Shown in pieces: positions 1 to 11,000 of a stretch of 64,000 nucleotides of DNA (position 1 is its first letter; every line of letters begins with the position of its first letter). Both the position numbers and the translations under genes were made by a program. The stretch comes from Gemmatimonas sp. GTDB lineage: Bacteria > Gemmatimonadota > Gemmatimonadetes > Gemmatimonadales > Gemmatimonadaceae. The notes beneath the pieces are model-generated. The model saw nothing but the letters and a program-made list of their open reading frames with translations, did no database searches and was not told the DNA's origin. The DNA is taken from positions 4,416,001-4,480,000 of the forward strand of contig OZ257156.1 in the NCBI GenBank assembly GCA_965279375.1, in the 5' to 3' direction.

Positions 1-86
1 TGTTCAACTAGGCAAGGGGTGTACCGACGCGCACGTTGCTTCGTGCACGTCGGGCTTGTGTTCAGATCGGTCAGAATGCAGCGTGA

Positions 87-608
87 TTACGCAACCACGG
101 ACGACGTCGACTCTTTCGAGGAGGACGGCGCAGTGCCGTGCACATGCGCGACGAACAGCGTGGACAGATAGCGATTGAACTCGCGTTGCATCTCATCATG
201 CTCGCGCTCGCCCGTACGACCCAACTCGGCCAACGTCGCGTCGCCGAGCTGTTCGCCAGCGATCGCGAAGACGGCGAACGTGTCCTGCGACTGGCGAATC
301 ATCACCACGTCGCCGACGGCTCGCAGGAAGTCGCTTTCACGAAAGGCGTCGACCGCATCACGCGCCTTTGCCAGCACCGCACCGATCGCATTCTTGACCG
401 CGCCGCCGCCGCGCGTGCCGATGGAGTCGCCGTACGACTCGATCATCGTCTGATGACGTTCCAGCGCCGGGATGAAGCGCACACACAACTCGCGAAAGGC
501 CGGATCATCCGCCTGTTCGGCATGGGTGCGTAACGCGTCGAGCAGGGCGTGGTGCTGCATCACGCAATTGTTGATCTGCGCGCGCAGAAATTCGTGTCCA
601 GTTTCCAT
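87..608 (-). CDS. Hypothetical ferritin-like four-helix protein
   Basis: ORF from METGHEF; GGAG upstream; helical with ExH/ExEH motifs (ALERH, EREHD); lies downstream of a DUF892 gene. Confidence 0.6.
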   Translation of the reverse strand: METGHEFLRAQINNCVMQHHALLDALRTHAEQADDPAFRELCVRFIPALERHQTMIESYGDSIGTRGGGAVKNAIGAVLAKARDAVDAFRESDFLRAVGDVVMIRQSQDTFAVFAIAGEQLGDATLAELGRTGEREHDEMQREFNRYLSTLFVAHVHGTAPSSSKESTSSVVA

Positions 609-704
609 TTGCTGACTCCGTTGAGGAAGAGACGACACGGATACGCAGATCGCGTGCCGATCTCTCCTCAACGGTGACTTACGCCACGACCAATCAGCGC
701 CCTG

Positions 705-1283
705 TTACGAGGCCTTCGAAGACTTCTTGGCCGGTCGCTTCTTCGCCGCGGGCGTTCCCGTTGCATCGGGTTCCATCTCGTGATCGTCCGACGCCTCGCC
801 CATCGCGTCGAGGTTCACTGACTGTGCGATCTCGGTCAGCTTGAGATCGGTCGCCTGCTCCTCGTCGAGCGTCTGCTGCAACAACGCAGCGTGCTCTTCG
901 TAGCCGAGCAGATGCGCGTACGTACGAACGGTGCCGTAGCCAGCCATTTCGTAGTGCTCCACGTGCTGTGCGCTCGAGATGAGGCCGGCGTCCATCACGT
1001 CCGCGTCGGCGTCTTCACCGAGCAGTTCGGCGCCTTCCGCGACGAGCCCTTCCATGCCCTTGCAGTGCTTGCCCTTTGGGCTGACTTCGAGTTCAGCGCA
1101 GATGCGCTCCAGTCGCGCCGCATGCTCCTTGGTCTGCTCGAGATGCTCCTCGAACGCCGCCTTCACGGCGGGATTGGTCGCGCCTTTGTGCAACTTCGGC
1201 AGCGCCTTGATGATCTGATTTTCTGCACTGTAGAGGTCCTTCAACCCTTCAACGTACAGCGCGTGCAACGTGTCGAGTTCCAT
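705..1283 (-). CDS. yciF: YciE/YciF family (DUF892) ferritin-like stress protein
   Basis: LKDLYSAENQ, HLEQTKEH, CKGMEGL, AQHVEHYEMAGYG motifs; AGGAG RBS before ATG at 1283. Confidence 0.9.
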   Translation of the reverse strand: MELDTLHALYVEGLKDLYSAENQIIKALPKLHKGATNPAVKAAFEEHLEQTKEHAARLERICAELEVSPKGKHCKGMEGLVAEGAELLGEDADADVMDAGLISSAQHVEHYEMAGYGTVRTYAHLLGYEEHAALLQQTLDEEQATDLKLTEIAQSVNLDAMGEASDDHEMEPDATGTPAAKKRPAKKSSKAS

Positions 1284-1529
1284 GATGCGTCTCCTGGCGT
1301 CTTGCGATAGACCGCGACGATTCCGCGGCGTGCGTAGCGTGACGGACGAGTGTCCATGCTGCGCGGCGAGTCGTACAGGAGCGATGCTGTCAACATTTAT
1401 GCCGCCCGGGCGCGCACGGCGAAGCGTTCGGTGACGCACGCCCGAGTCGCGCGTACCGCCTGTCGTGCCGCCTTTGGGCGCGTGGGATTGCATCGAGACA
1501 GGCGCGGGCGGGGCAATTGTATGGGGCGC

Positions 1530-1567
1530 AATAAAACAGCGGCCGCACCCGATTGGGATGCGGCCGC
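1530..1567 (-). terminator. Intrinsic terminator downstream of tRNA-Ile
   Basis: GCGGCCGCA...TGCGGCCGC stem followed on the minus strand by a T-rich tract (TGTTTTATT). Confidence 0.7.
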
Positions 1568-1578
1568 CGCTAATACAG

Positions 1579-1652
<74 letters not shown>

Positions 1653-1727
1653 GTGGGGAGCGGCTGAGCCGTTCCACCAGAGCCGAGTAATTAAACCCCG
1701 AGGCCGCTGAGCGTCAACGGCCTTGGC

Positions 1728-2057
1728 TCACTCGTCGTCGTAATCGTCGTCGCTGGCATCCAGATCGTCATCAGCGTCCGGATCATCGTCGAGGTCATCG
1801 ATGTCGAGGTCGTCTTCATCCTCGTCCTCGTCATCGTCGTCCTCGTCGTCGTCCTCATCATCGTCGTCGTCGAGATCGTCGTCGAAATCGAGATCGTCCT
1901 CGTCGTCGAGGTTCTCGTCGTCGAGAGCCTCATCATCGAAATCGTCTTCACCAGCAAGGGCGAGCACCGCGGAGGCGGACCCAAACGACGAGACGGCCGG
2001 CGACAGCGACATCTCTTCGAGCGCGTCCAGCGACGACGACCCGAACAGCTCCAACAT
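1728..2057 (-). CDS. Small extremely acidic hypothetical protein (109 aa)
   Basis: AGGAG RBS before ATG; GC3-biased GAC/GAG codons; 73-residue D/E tail. Confidence 0.75.
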   Translation of the reverse strand: MLELFGSSSLDALEEMSLSPAVSSFGSASAVLALAGEDDFDDEALDDENLDDEDDLDFDDDLDDDDDEDDDEDDDDEDEDEDDLDIDDLDDDPDADDDLDASDDDYDDE

Positions 2058-2261
2058 GGGACGAATCTCCTGCGAGATGGTGTAAAAAAAGAGCGGGCAT
2101 GGTCACCCACTGGTTGGCTTCAGGACGAACGTACTTCGAACAGGCAATACGGTGCAATCGGGGCCAGCGTTGGCGGACCTACGACAGCCGCGTTTCGGGA
2201 GTATCGACCGGTGAGGCCGCGCGCGCAACTGCTCACACGGCCTCCGGTACCGAATCCTTGC

Positions 2262-4097
2262 CTAGTCGCGGTCGCGCTCGCGCTTGGCTTCGCGATTGGT
2301 GCGCTTGCGGTCGCTGGTGGCCAGCAGGCGCTTGCGCAACCGGATGTTCTGCGGCGTGATCTCGATCAGCTCATCGTCCTCGATGTACTCGAGGGCGACT
2401 TCCAGCGTAATCTCGCGCGGCGGCTCGAGCGTGATCATTTCATCAGCGCTCTTGCTGCGCATGTTCGTGAGCTTCTTTTCCTTCGTCGGATTCACGTCCA
2501 TGTCGCCCGGGCGCGAGTTCTCGCCCACGAGCATGCCCTCATACACAGCGTCGCCCGGCGTGACGAACAGCGTGGAGCGCTCCTGCAGGCTGAACAGCGC
2601 GAAGGCGATGATCGTCCCCGACTCCATCGAGACCAGCACGCCACGCGAGCGTCCGGACAGACTGCCCGCCCACGCCCCGTACTCGAGGAAACGGTGGTGC
2701 ATGATACCGGTGCCGCGCGTGTCCGTCATGAACTCGCTGCGATAGCCGAACAGGCCGCGCGCCGGCACGCGATAGAGCAAGCGCACCAACCCCTGGCCCG
2801 GGTTCTTCATCTCCACCATCTCGGCCTTGCGAGGTCCCAGCTTTTCGATGACCGCGCCGAGGTAGTCCTCGGGCACGTCGATCGCCAGCTCCTCGTACGG
2901 CTCGAGACGTTCACCCTCTTCGTTGCGCTTGGTGATGACGCGCGGACGCGAGACCTGAAATTCGAAGCCTTCGCGACGCATCGTCTCCATGAGAATCGAC
3001 AGATGCAACTCGCCGCGACCGGACACGCTCCATGAGTCCGTCGTCTCGCCGTCCGACACCTTGAGCGCGACGTTGCGCTCGAGCTCCTTGTACAGCCGCT
3101 CACGCAGCTGACGCGAGGTGACGAACTTGCCTTCCTTACCCGCGAACGGGGAATTGTTCACGAGGAAGTCCACGCTGATCGTCGGCTCTTCCACGCTGAT
3201 ACCCGGCAACGCGTCCTGATTCTCGGGGTCGGTCAGCGTTGCGCCGATTTCTACGTCTTCGAAGCCAGCGAGCAGCACGATTTCTCCGGCCGTCGCTTCC
3301 TGCACCTCGACGCGCTCCAACCCTTCGATTGCGTACAGCTTGGAGACGCGACCGCGCTCCGGCGCCTTCTCGCTGTTGAAGGGCACGTGCGCGATGGAGT
3401 CGCCCTGACGTACGGTACCGCGGCTGATGCAACCGATCGCGAGGCGACCGAGATAGTTGGAGTAGTCGATCGTGGAGACGAGCATCTGGAACGGACCATT
3501 CTCTTCCGCCGGCGGCGGCGGGACGGTCTTGATGATCGTTTCGTACAGCGGCTGGAGGTCAACGGCCGGTACATCCATGTCCATCGTGGACGTGCCTTCC
3601 TTGGCGCTCGCGTACACCACCGGCGCGTTCAGCTGCTCTTCGGTGGCCTCGAGCTCGATGAAGAGCGAGAGCACCTCGTCATGCACGCGCAGCGGATCGG
3701 CGCCGGGGCGATCGATCTTGTTGATGACGATGATCGGCGTGCGTCCGAGCGCGAGCGCCTTGCGCAGCACGAAGCGCGTCTGCGGCATCGGTCCGTCGAA
3801 CGCGTCGACGACGAGCAACACGCCATCCACCATGCGCAGGATACGCTCGACCTCACCACCGAAGTCCGCGTGTCCCGGCGTGTCGATGATGTTGATCTTC
3901 GCGTCCTTCCAGCGAATGGACGTGTTCTTCGCGAGGATCGTGATCCCGCGCTCTTTTTCGAGCGGGTTCGAATCCATGACGCGTTCTTCGACGACTTGAT
4001 TGTCGCGGAAGGCGCCGGCCTGGCGCAGCATTTTGTCGACGAGGGTCGTTTTCCCGTGGTCGACGTGGGCGATGATGGCGATGTTCCGAATCTGCAT
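2262..4097 (-). CDS. typA: Translational GTPase TypA/BipA
   Basis: [47 protein letters not shown]. Confidence 0.98.
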   Translation of the reverse strand: MQIRNIAIIAHVDHGKTTLVDKMLRQAGAFRDNQVVEERVMDSNPLEKERGITILAKNTSIRWKDAKINIIDTPGHADFGGEVERILRMVDGVLLVVDAFDGPMPQTRFVLRKALALGRTPIIVINKIDRPGADPLRVHDEVLSLFIELEATEEQLNAPVVYASAKEGTSTMDMDVPAVDLQPLYETIIKTVPPPPAEENGPFQMLVSTIDYSNYLGRLAIGCISRGTVRQGDSIAHVPFNSEKAPERGRVSKLYAIEGLERVEVQEATAGEIVLLAGFEDVEIGATLTDPENQDALPGISVEEPTISVDFLVNNSPFAGKEGKFVTSRQLRERLYKELERNVALKVSDGETTDSWSVSGRGELHLSILMETMRREGFEFQVSRPRVITKRNEEGERLEPYEELAIDVPEDYLGAVIEKLGPRKAEMVEMKNPGQGLVRLLYRVPARGLFGYRSEFMTDTRGTGIMHHRFLEYGAWAGSLSGRSRGVLVSMESGTIIAFALFSLQERSTLFVTPGDAVYEGMLVGENSRPGDMDVNPTKEKKLTNMRSKSADEMITLEPPREITLEVALEYIEDDELIEITPQNIRLRKRLLATSDRKRTNREAKRERDRD

Positions 4098-4112
4098 AGC
4101 CTAAAAAGATAA

Positions 4113-5030
4113 CTAGGGCGACAACCTCGCCAACTGCACCGCCAGCTGCATTGCAGAAATGAGACTTTCGGCCGACGCGATCCCCTGCCCCGCGATGTCG
4201 AGTGCGGTTCCGTGATCGGGCGACGTTCGGGGGAATGGCAGCCCCAGCGTGACGTTCACTGCCGAGCCGAACGATGCCACCTTGATCGCCGTCATCCCCA
4301 CATCGTGATAGGGGGCGATGACTGCGTCGAACTCGCCGCGCATCGCGCGCACGAACACGGTGTCCGCAGGAAACGGCCCGGCGATCCCGGCCGCACGCGC
4401 CGCCGGCGCCAAGAGGCGGTCATCCTCGTCACCAAAGCGACCGCCATCGCCTGCGTGCGGATTCATCGCGCAGAGGGCGATGCGGGGATCAGCGATGCCA
4501 AAACCTTCTTGCAACCCACGCCGCGTCGTGCGCGCTGCCTGCAGGATTGTCTCTTCGGTGAGCGCCTCAGGCACGTCCCTTAGTGGCAAGTGCGTAGTGG
4601 CCAGCACCACGCGCAGCCGGTCCGAGGCCAACATCATCGTGGTTGGGACGCCGGCAATCGCGGCCAGCATCTCGGTATGCCCCGGATAGTCGAAGCCGCC
4701 GGCGTACAGCGCGGACTTGTCGAGCGGCGCGGTCACCACGGCAGCGACGTCTCCACTCAGTGCGAGTCGCGCGGCGCGCTCGACCGCCAAGCCAGCCAGA
4801 CGCCCGCCCTGCGCCGCATCGGCCGTGGCGTCGCCCGTGGGCTGCCACGTCCCTATTACGTCGTCTGCGGGCACCTCGGTGCCACTCGGGCCCACCACCA
4901 GCCACGAGACGGGCAACGCCAGCACTCGCGCATCGGCCAGCGCCTTGCGTACGATCTCCGGCCCAATCCCGCGCGGATCACCGAGGGTGACGGCGATGCG
5001 CGCCAAACCGCGCTCAGACTGGGCCGACAT
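4113..5030 (-). CDS. pdxA: 4-hydroxythreonine-4-phosphate dehydrogenase PdxA
   Basis: GDPRGIGPE, GHTE, NPHAGDGG, PADT, YHDVG, RTSPDHGTA. Confidence 0.95.
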   Translation of the reverse strand: MSAQSERGLARIAVTLGDPRGIGPEIVRKALADARVLALPVSWLVVGPSGTEVPADDVIGTWQPTGDATADAAQGGRLAGLAVERAARLALSGDVAAVVTAPLDKSALYAGGFDYPGHTEMLAAIAGVPTTMMLASDRLRVVLATTHLPLRDVPEALTEETILQAARTTRRGLQEGFGIADPRIALCAMNPHAGDGGRFGDEDDRLLAPAARAAGIAGPFPADTVFVRAMRGEFDAVIAPYHDVGMTAIKVASFGSAVNVTLGLPFPRTSPDHGTALDIAGQGIASAESLISAMQLAVQLARLSP

Positions 5031-5035
5031 GCCGG

Positions 5036-6457
5036 TCAGGGCACCGGCGCGATCTGCTTGGCCGGGTCGTACTTGATGGCGACGTAGCTCTGCTTCTTCA
5101 GCGAATCGATCAGGCGGCGCATGCTGCGCTCTTCCGAGAGCTGCGAACGAATCCGATCGCGCATTTCGGAAAGCGTGTACTCACCGGCCTCGTCGAGGAA
5201 GGTCACCTGAGCAATGACGAACTTGTCGCGTCCGGCCGACTGGTCGGCGATCGGAAACGCATCGAGAATGTCGCCGACCTTCTTCCCTTCGATCGCGTTG
5301 CGATACGCCTCGGGGAGCTCGCTGCGCGGAAACTCGGGGATCGTCTTCTCTTCGCCGCCGGCGATGTCATGAAACTTGACCGACAACGAATCGAACGAGC
5401 CGCCCTTTCGCCACGCCAGCACGACCGAGTCCGCGAGCGCGCGGGCACGCGCCTCGTCGGCAGAATCGAGCGTCGGGCGAATGAGAATGTGCCGCGCCTT
5501 TACTTCGGCGGGCTGCACGCGGTCCACGCGAATGATGTGATAACCGAACGCCGTCTCGATGACCGGGCTGATGACGCCCGGATTGAGCGCGAACATCATC
5601 CGATCGAACTCGGGCACCATCTTGCCGCGCCGATTCCAGCCGAGGTCACCGCCAAGCTCCTTCGAGCTCGGGTCCATCGACTCCTTCTTGGCCGTCGTTT
5701 CGAAATCGTTGGGATGCAGCTCGAGGTCCGCCGCGATCGAATCGATCTTGGCACGCGCGCGCCCCTTGGAGGCATCCGACGGACGCGTGGCGATGACGAT
5801 CTGCCGTAAGCCGACACGCGCTTCCTTGCGCGGCAGCTTGTCGCGGTTGGAGGTGTACGCCTCGTTCACCTCGGCCTCGCTCACATTGACGGCGGACATC
5901 TTGCCGTCACGCTTGAGCTTGGAGAGCACGTCTCGCTGCATGTTGTCGCGCTTGAGCAGGTCGCCCTGCAGCTTGCGCCAATCTTCGAGCGTGCCGAAGC
6001 CCGCTTCCTTGAGCGCCGTGCGGAACTCGGCCTCGGTCTTGAACTGCCCGCGAATTTTCTTCTCGTTGTCGTCGAGCTGACGCTGGAGATCGGCGTCGTT
6101 GACCTCGACCTTTTCCGCCTTGGCCTTCTGCACGAGCAGCTCGGACTCGACGAGGCTTTCCATCGACGCGTTCTCGAGCTCGATCTGTTCGGCGGCGGAG
6201 GTCACCTTGGCCCCTTGGGCACGTCGACGATTCACTTCCGCCAGCACTTCCGAGACGAGGATGACCTGATCACCAACGATCGCCGCCACGCCGTCCACAG
6301 GTAGGCCCTTGAGCGAATCGGCAGCCGCGGCCTTCGCGGTCGACTTGTCAGCCGCAGGCTTGGCAGTGGCAGGCGTTTGCGCGGAGAGCATCGACCACGC
6401 CGGCAGCAGCGCCAGCGTAGCGGAGACGACGATCGAACGAGAGCGGGTACGCAACAT
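5036..6457 (-). CDS. surA: SurA-like periplasmic peptidyl-prolyl isomerase/chaperone
   Basis: Signal peptide; VDGVAAIVGDQVIL N-domain; parvulin motifs GGDLGW, MVPEF, FGYHII, ARHILI; adjacent to pdxA as in surA-pdxA loci. Confidence 0.85.
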   Translation of the reverse strand: MLRTRSRSIVVSATLALLPAWSMLSAQTPATAKPAADKSTAKAAAADSLKGLPVDGVAAIVGDQVILVSEVLAEVNRRRAQGAKVTSAAEQIELENASMESLVESELLVQKAKAEKVEVNDADLQRQLDDNEKKIRGQFKTEAEFRTALKEAGFGTLEDWRKLQGDLLKRDNMQRDVLSKLKRDGKMSAVNVSEAEVNEAYTSNRDKLPRKEARVGLRQIVIATRPSDASKGRARAKIDSIAADLELHPNDFETTAKKESMDPSSKELGGDLGWNRRGKMVPEFDRMMFALNPGVISPVIETAFGYHIIRVDRVQPAEVKARHILIRPTLDSADEARARALADSVVLAWRKGGSFDSLSVKFHDIAGGEEKTIPEFPRSELPEAYRNAIEGKKVGDILDAFPIADQSAGRDKFVIAQVTFLDEAGEYTLSEMRDRIRSQLSEERSMRRLIDSLKKQSYVAIKYDPAKQIAPVP

Positions 6458-6537
6458 GGCAGGGGTCGGGCCGGAAACGGGAAGCGGAGGACTGCCCGAT
6501 GGCAGCCCCCCGCAGATACCGCGAACGAACAGGAAAG

Positions 6538-7980
6538 TTACGGCTTGGCCGCAGGCGGCGGCGTCGGGGCCGCGCCAGGCGCAGGAGCGGCGCCGGCCGG
6601 TGCTGCCGGCGGTGTCTTCGCCTTCGTGCTGTCGGCCGCCGCGCGGACCGCCTTGGCCTTCTCCACGACCTTGTCGAGGCCCGCATCGTTCACGGAGTAC
6701 TCGTACTTGGACTGGAGGGCGCGGGCGATCGGATACGGCACGTCGACGAACTGCACTTCGCTCTTGATCAGCTTGTCGAAGAAGGAGCCGATGCGGAACG
6801 CGGCGATCTTCTCCGCGCTGCCGCCGGCCGGCGTCTTCGCACTGTCGGCGAGCTTGGACGGCTCGACACCGAGCGCAGTCCAGCTAGTCACGAGCGCCTG
6901 CTTGTAGTTCAGATACAGGTTGGCCAACTCCGCCGTGTCGATGACGGCCTTGGCGCTGTCGGCCTGCTTGAGCACCAGCTCGTTGCGCACGATCTGCTTG
7001 ACGAACTTCTCGACCAGCGTATCGGCGGCCTGGAGCAGCTGCGGGCGGATCTGCGACTGCGGCGGGTACGCGGCCAGCCAATCGGCGAATTCGGACGCCT
7101 TGAGCTCTCCACCCGTGTAGGTGGCCAGCTTCTCGTCATCCTTGGAATGGCCGAGCGGGTCACGCGCGATCGCCTTGGCCTTCACTGCGACGCCACTGAT
7201 GAGCGCCACCTTGTTGGCCGTCTCGACCTTCGCGAGGTACGTGCTCTCGGCGATGGCGACGTTCCGCTGCTTGGCGACCGGGGCGAACTTGGCCGCGATG
7301 TCGGCGTACGGCGAACGGTAGATGATGTGGTAACCGAACGACGTGGCGCACACCGGCGAGATCTCGCCCGGCTTGATGTCGGCCACGCACTTCTCGAACT
7401 CCGGCACCATCATGCCCTTGCCGAACAGGCCAAGGTCACCGCCGCGCTCGGCCGCGCCCGGCTCATCGCTCTTGGCGGCGAGCTTGACGAAGTTGGCCGG
7501 CGTGGCTTCGGCGCGAATGGCCTCGGCCTTCTTCATGGCGACGGCCTTCTGCTCCGGCGTCGCGCCAGCGTCCACCTTCACGAGGATGTGACGAGCAGCG
7601 TACGCCTCACCGGCGTTGTAGCGCGCTTCGTCGGTACCCGGCGTGGCGGCGTCCCAACCCTTGGAGACCTGATCGTAGAACTTCTTGACGCGAATGTTGT
7701 CGATGTTCGACCACAGCGCGTAGTCCATCGTCTTCTTGTCGTTGATCGAATCGCCCTTGGCACCGGCGAGCCCGACCAGCTGGTAATTGACCCACAGTTC
7801 GGCGATCGAGCGCGCCACGTCCTTCTCGAGCGGCGCCTGGGAGTTGCCGAGGATGTCGGCCAACCGCGCCACCGACAGCTCTTCCTTGCCGGCCGTTGCA
7901 GCCACATCCGGATTGGACGAGGCGCCACAGGCGACGGCGAAGGCAACGGCGGCGAACACGGGCAAGCGGTATGATTTCAT
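6538..7980 (-). CDS. Parvulin-type peptidyl-prolyl isomerase, predicted lipoprotein
   Basis: Lipobox-like FAVAC; ARHILV, GGDLG, MVPEFE, FGYHII; GGAG before ATG at 7980. Confidence 0.88.
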   Translation of the reverse strand: MKSYRLPVFAAVAFAVACGASSNPDVAATAGKEELSVARLADILGNSQAPLEKDVARSIAELWVNYQLVGLAGAKGDSINDKKTMDYALWSNIDNIRVKKFYDQVSKGWDAATPGTDEARYNAGEAYAARHILVKVDAGATPEQKAVAMKKAEAIRAEATPANFVKLAAKSDEPGAAERGGDLGLFGKGMMVPEFEKCVADIKPGEISPVCATSFGYHIIYRSPYADIAAKFAPVAKQRNVAIAESTYLAKVETANKVALISGVAVKAKAIARDPLGHSKDDEKLATYTGGELKASEFADWLAAYPPQSQIRPQLLQAADTLVEKFVKQIVRNELVLKQADSAKAVIDTAELANLYLNYKQALVTSWTALGVEPSKLADSAKTPAGGSAEKIAAFRIGSFFDKLIKSEVQFVDVPYPIARALQSKYEYSVNDAGLDKVVEKAKAVRAAADSTKAKTPPAAPAGAAPAPGAAPTPPPAAKP

Positions 7981-8048
7981 CGAGTCAGACTCCGGCACCG
8001 GAGTGAAGGTGTAAACGTGGGACCCAGAAGACAGCCAACGGGTTGCCT

Positions 8049-11000
8049 TCAGAGCGCGAGGGCACGCAAGGCGCGCACCAGTCCCTCGAGCATTTCCGCG
8101 CCCCCCAATCGGGTCAGTTTGAGCGCCAGCGGTTGCGTTCGTTTGACGTCCACCTGGAACTGGACCCCATGGAATGCCGCTGACAGACCCTTCAGGCGCG
8201 GAACTGCATCAGCCCTGAAACTAACACGGGCTTCCGACGCTCGCACAAGCACCCCTTCCACGCCGAGGGAGGCACCGATGACCCGCAGCATGGCGCTGCC
8301 GAAGAGCGCCGCGGCCGCCGTGGGGAGCGGACCGAACCGGTCCCGGACCTCGCCCTGCAGCGCCTCGATATCGGCCGGCAGCCGCATCGCGGTGAGGCGG
8401 CGGTAGACGTCGAGCTTGGCGTCCTGCGAGGTGATGTAGTCATCCGGGAGGTAGGCCGGGTAGTCGAGCGAGACGTCGGCCGGGATCCAGGACTTCTGCC
8501 CGTCGCCCTGGCTCAGCTGCGTGACCGTTTCGTCGAGCAGGCGCAGATAAAGGTCGAATCCGACCGCATGCACGAACCCGGACTGCTCGGGTCCCAGCAG
8601 GTTGCCGGCACCGCGCATCTCGAGGTCCTTGAGCGCCACACGGTACCCCGAGCCGAGCTCGGTGTGGTGTTCGAGCACGGCCAAGCGACGCTCGGCGTCG
8701 TCGTCGATGCGGTCGGGTACGAGGAGGTAGCAGTACGCCCTGCGGTGGGACCGTCCCACGCGACCGCGCAGTTGGTATAGCTGGGCAAGACCCAAGTGAT
8801 CGGCCCGGTTCACGAACATCGTGTTCGCGTTCGGGACGTCGAGCCCGCTCTCCACGATGAGGGTGGAGACGAGGATGTCGATCTCGCCTTCGACGAACTG
8901 CCGCATCACCGTTTCGAGCTCGCGCTCCTTCATCTGCCCGTGGCCCACACCGACGCGTGCGCGCGGCACCAGCCGTTGCAGATGATCGGCGATGGCCAGG
9001 ATCGTTTCGATGCGATTGTGCACGAAGAAGACCTGCCCGCCGCGATCGAGTTCGCGCGAGATGCCTTCCTCGATGAGGCTGTCGTCCCACGGCTCCACGA
9101 ACGTGAGCACCGGCGAGCGGTCGCGCGGCGGCGTGGCCATGATGGTGAGGTCGCGCAGGCCCGCCAGCGACTGGTGCAGCGTGCGCGGAATCGGCGTCGC
9201 GGTGAGCGTGAGCACGTCGGTCTGCAGTTTGAGCTGCTTGAGCCGTTCCTTGTGCTTCACGCCGAAGCGATGCTCTTCGTCCACGATGATCAGGCCCAAG
9301 TCATCGAAGACGACGTCCGGGCTGAGCAAGCGATGCGTGCCGATGACGACATCGATCTGCTTCTTCTTGAGCGCCTCGACCACCACGGCCTGTTCCTTGG
9401 CGGTCTGAAAGCGACTCATCACTTCCACGCGCACCGGGAAGTCGGCGAAGCGATCGCCAAAGCTGCGGGCGTGCTGTTCGGCGAGAATGGTGGTGGGTAC
9501 CAGCACCGCCACCTGTCGCCCGCTCTGCACCGCCTTGAACGCAGCGCGAATGGCAATTTCGGTTTTGCCGTAGCCCACATCGCCCACGAGCAGGCGATCC
9601 ATCGGACGTTCGCCTTCGAGGTCCTTCTTGACGTCGGCGGTGGCCTTGCGCTGGTCGGGGGTGTCTTCGAACAGGAACGAGCTTTCGAGCTGACGCTGCC
9701 ACGCGCCGTCGATCGCATGCGGCGGACGTGTGGTGACCTTGCGACGCGCGTACAGCTCGAGCAATTCCTGCGTCATCTCGAGAATCGCCATGCGCGTCTT
9801 TTCGCGCTGCTGCTTCCAGCGATTGCCACCCAGCTTGTGCAGGCGCGGCGCTGGCGCGTCGTCCGACACGTCGCTCGCGCTCCGATACCGCTCGATCTGA
9901 TCGATGCGATAGAGCGGCACGTTCAGTCGATCGCCGCCCTCGTACTCGATGACGGCCGCTTCGATCGTGCTTTCGCGCACGAAGATGCGTTCGATGCCGC
10001 GATAGATGCCGATGCCATGCTCGAGGTGCACGACGTAGTCGCCCGGCTTGAGCGCACCGAGTGTATCGAGTGCGGCACCGGTACCGTACTTGCGCGTGCG
10101 CCGCATGCGGCGATCACGACGAAAAATCTCGTGATCGGTGAGCACGCGCACGACGTTGGGCACGATGAAGCCGCCGCCCAGAACACCGATGGTCAGCGAT
10201 GCCGCGACCGGTCCGTCTTCGCCCAGCAACTCTTCGAGTCGCTCAGCCTGACCTGCATTGTCGCAGAGAATGATCGTGTGCAGGCCGTCGCGCTGCAGGC
10301 GGCGCAGCACGCGCAGATCGCGCGAGATCGTTTCCGGCGCGCGCATCGGGAACGCGACGTCCGGCTCGGGCGCGTTGGGTGTGGTATCCGCGGCCGACGC
10401 GCTCGCCGCGCGCTGCGGCGGCGGATTGAGACGCACGGTGCCGAAGCGCGCCATGCGCGACGCCATCGTCGGCGGCGTCTCGAACAACGTGTCGCGCGAG
10501 ATGGTGCCTTCGCCGCGACGGCGCGCCAGCTCCGTGTGATGCGCGGCCTCCTCGTACGTGCGCACGAACTCGGGCAGCACCGAGCTGCCCGCCGGCATGA
10601 TCACCAGCGCATCAGGCGACCAGAGCTCGGGGAGCGTGATGCGTTCGAGTGTGCCATCGTCGTCGCGGACGCGCCCGTCGACGGGCAGTACCAGCGCCAT
10701 CGCGGCGTCGCGCGTGCTGCGCTGCGAATTGAGATCGAAGTGACGCAGCTCGATGACTTCATCGCCCCAGAACTCGAGACGCACCGGTTCGGCCATGCCG
10801 AACGAGTAGATGTCGAAGATGCCGCCACGGACGGAGAACTGGGCGACGTCTTCCACCATCGGCACACGTTCGAAACCGATCGATTCGAGATGGGCCGACA
10901 GCTCCTCCGGGCGACGAACGTCGCCCTTGCGCAGTTCGAGGCGCGCACCGGAGAGCGCGCGCGGCAGCGGCGTCTTCTCGAGCACCGCGCGCGACGTCGT

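Noticed and set aside
1801..2085. Poly-Ser and poly-Thr ORFs and the TCG/TCA trinucleotide repeat
   Set aside because: Alternative frames of the Asp/Glu-coding ORF, which has the RBS and typical codon usage
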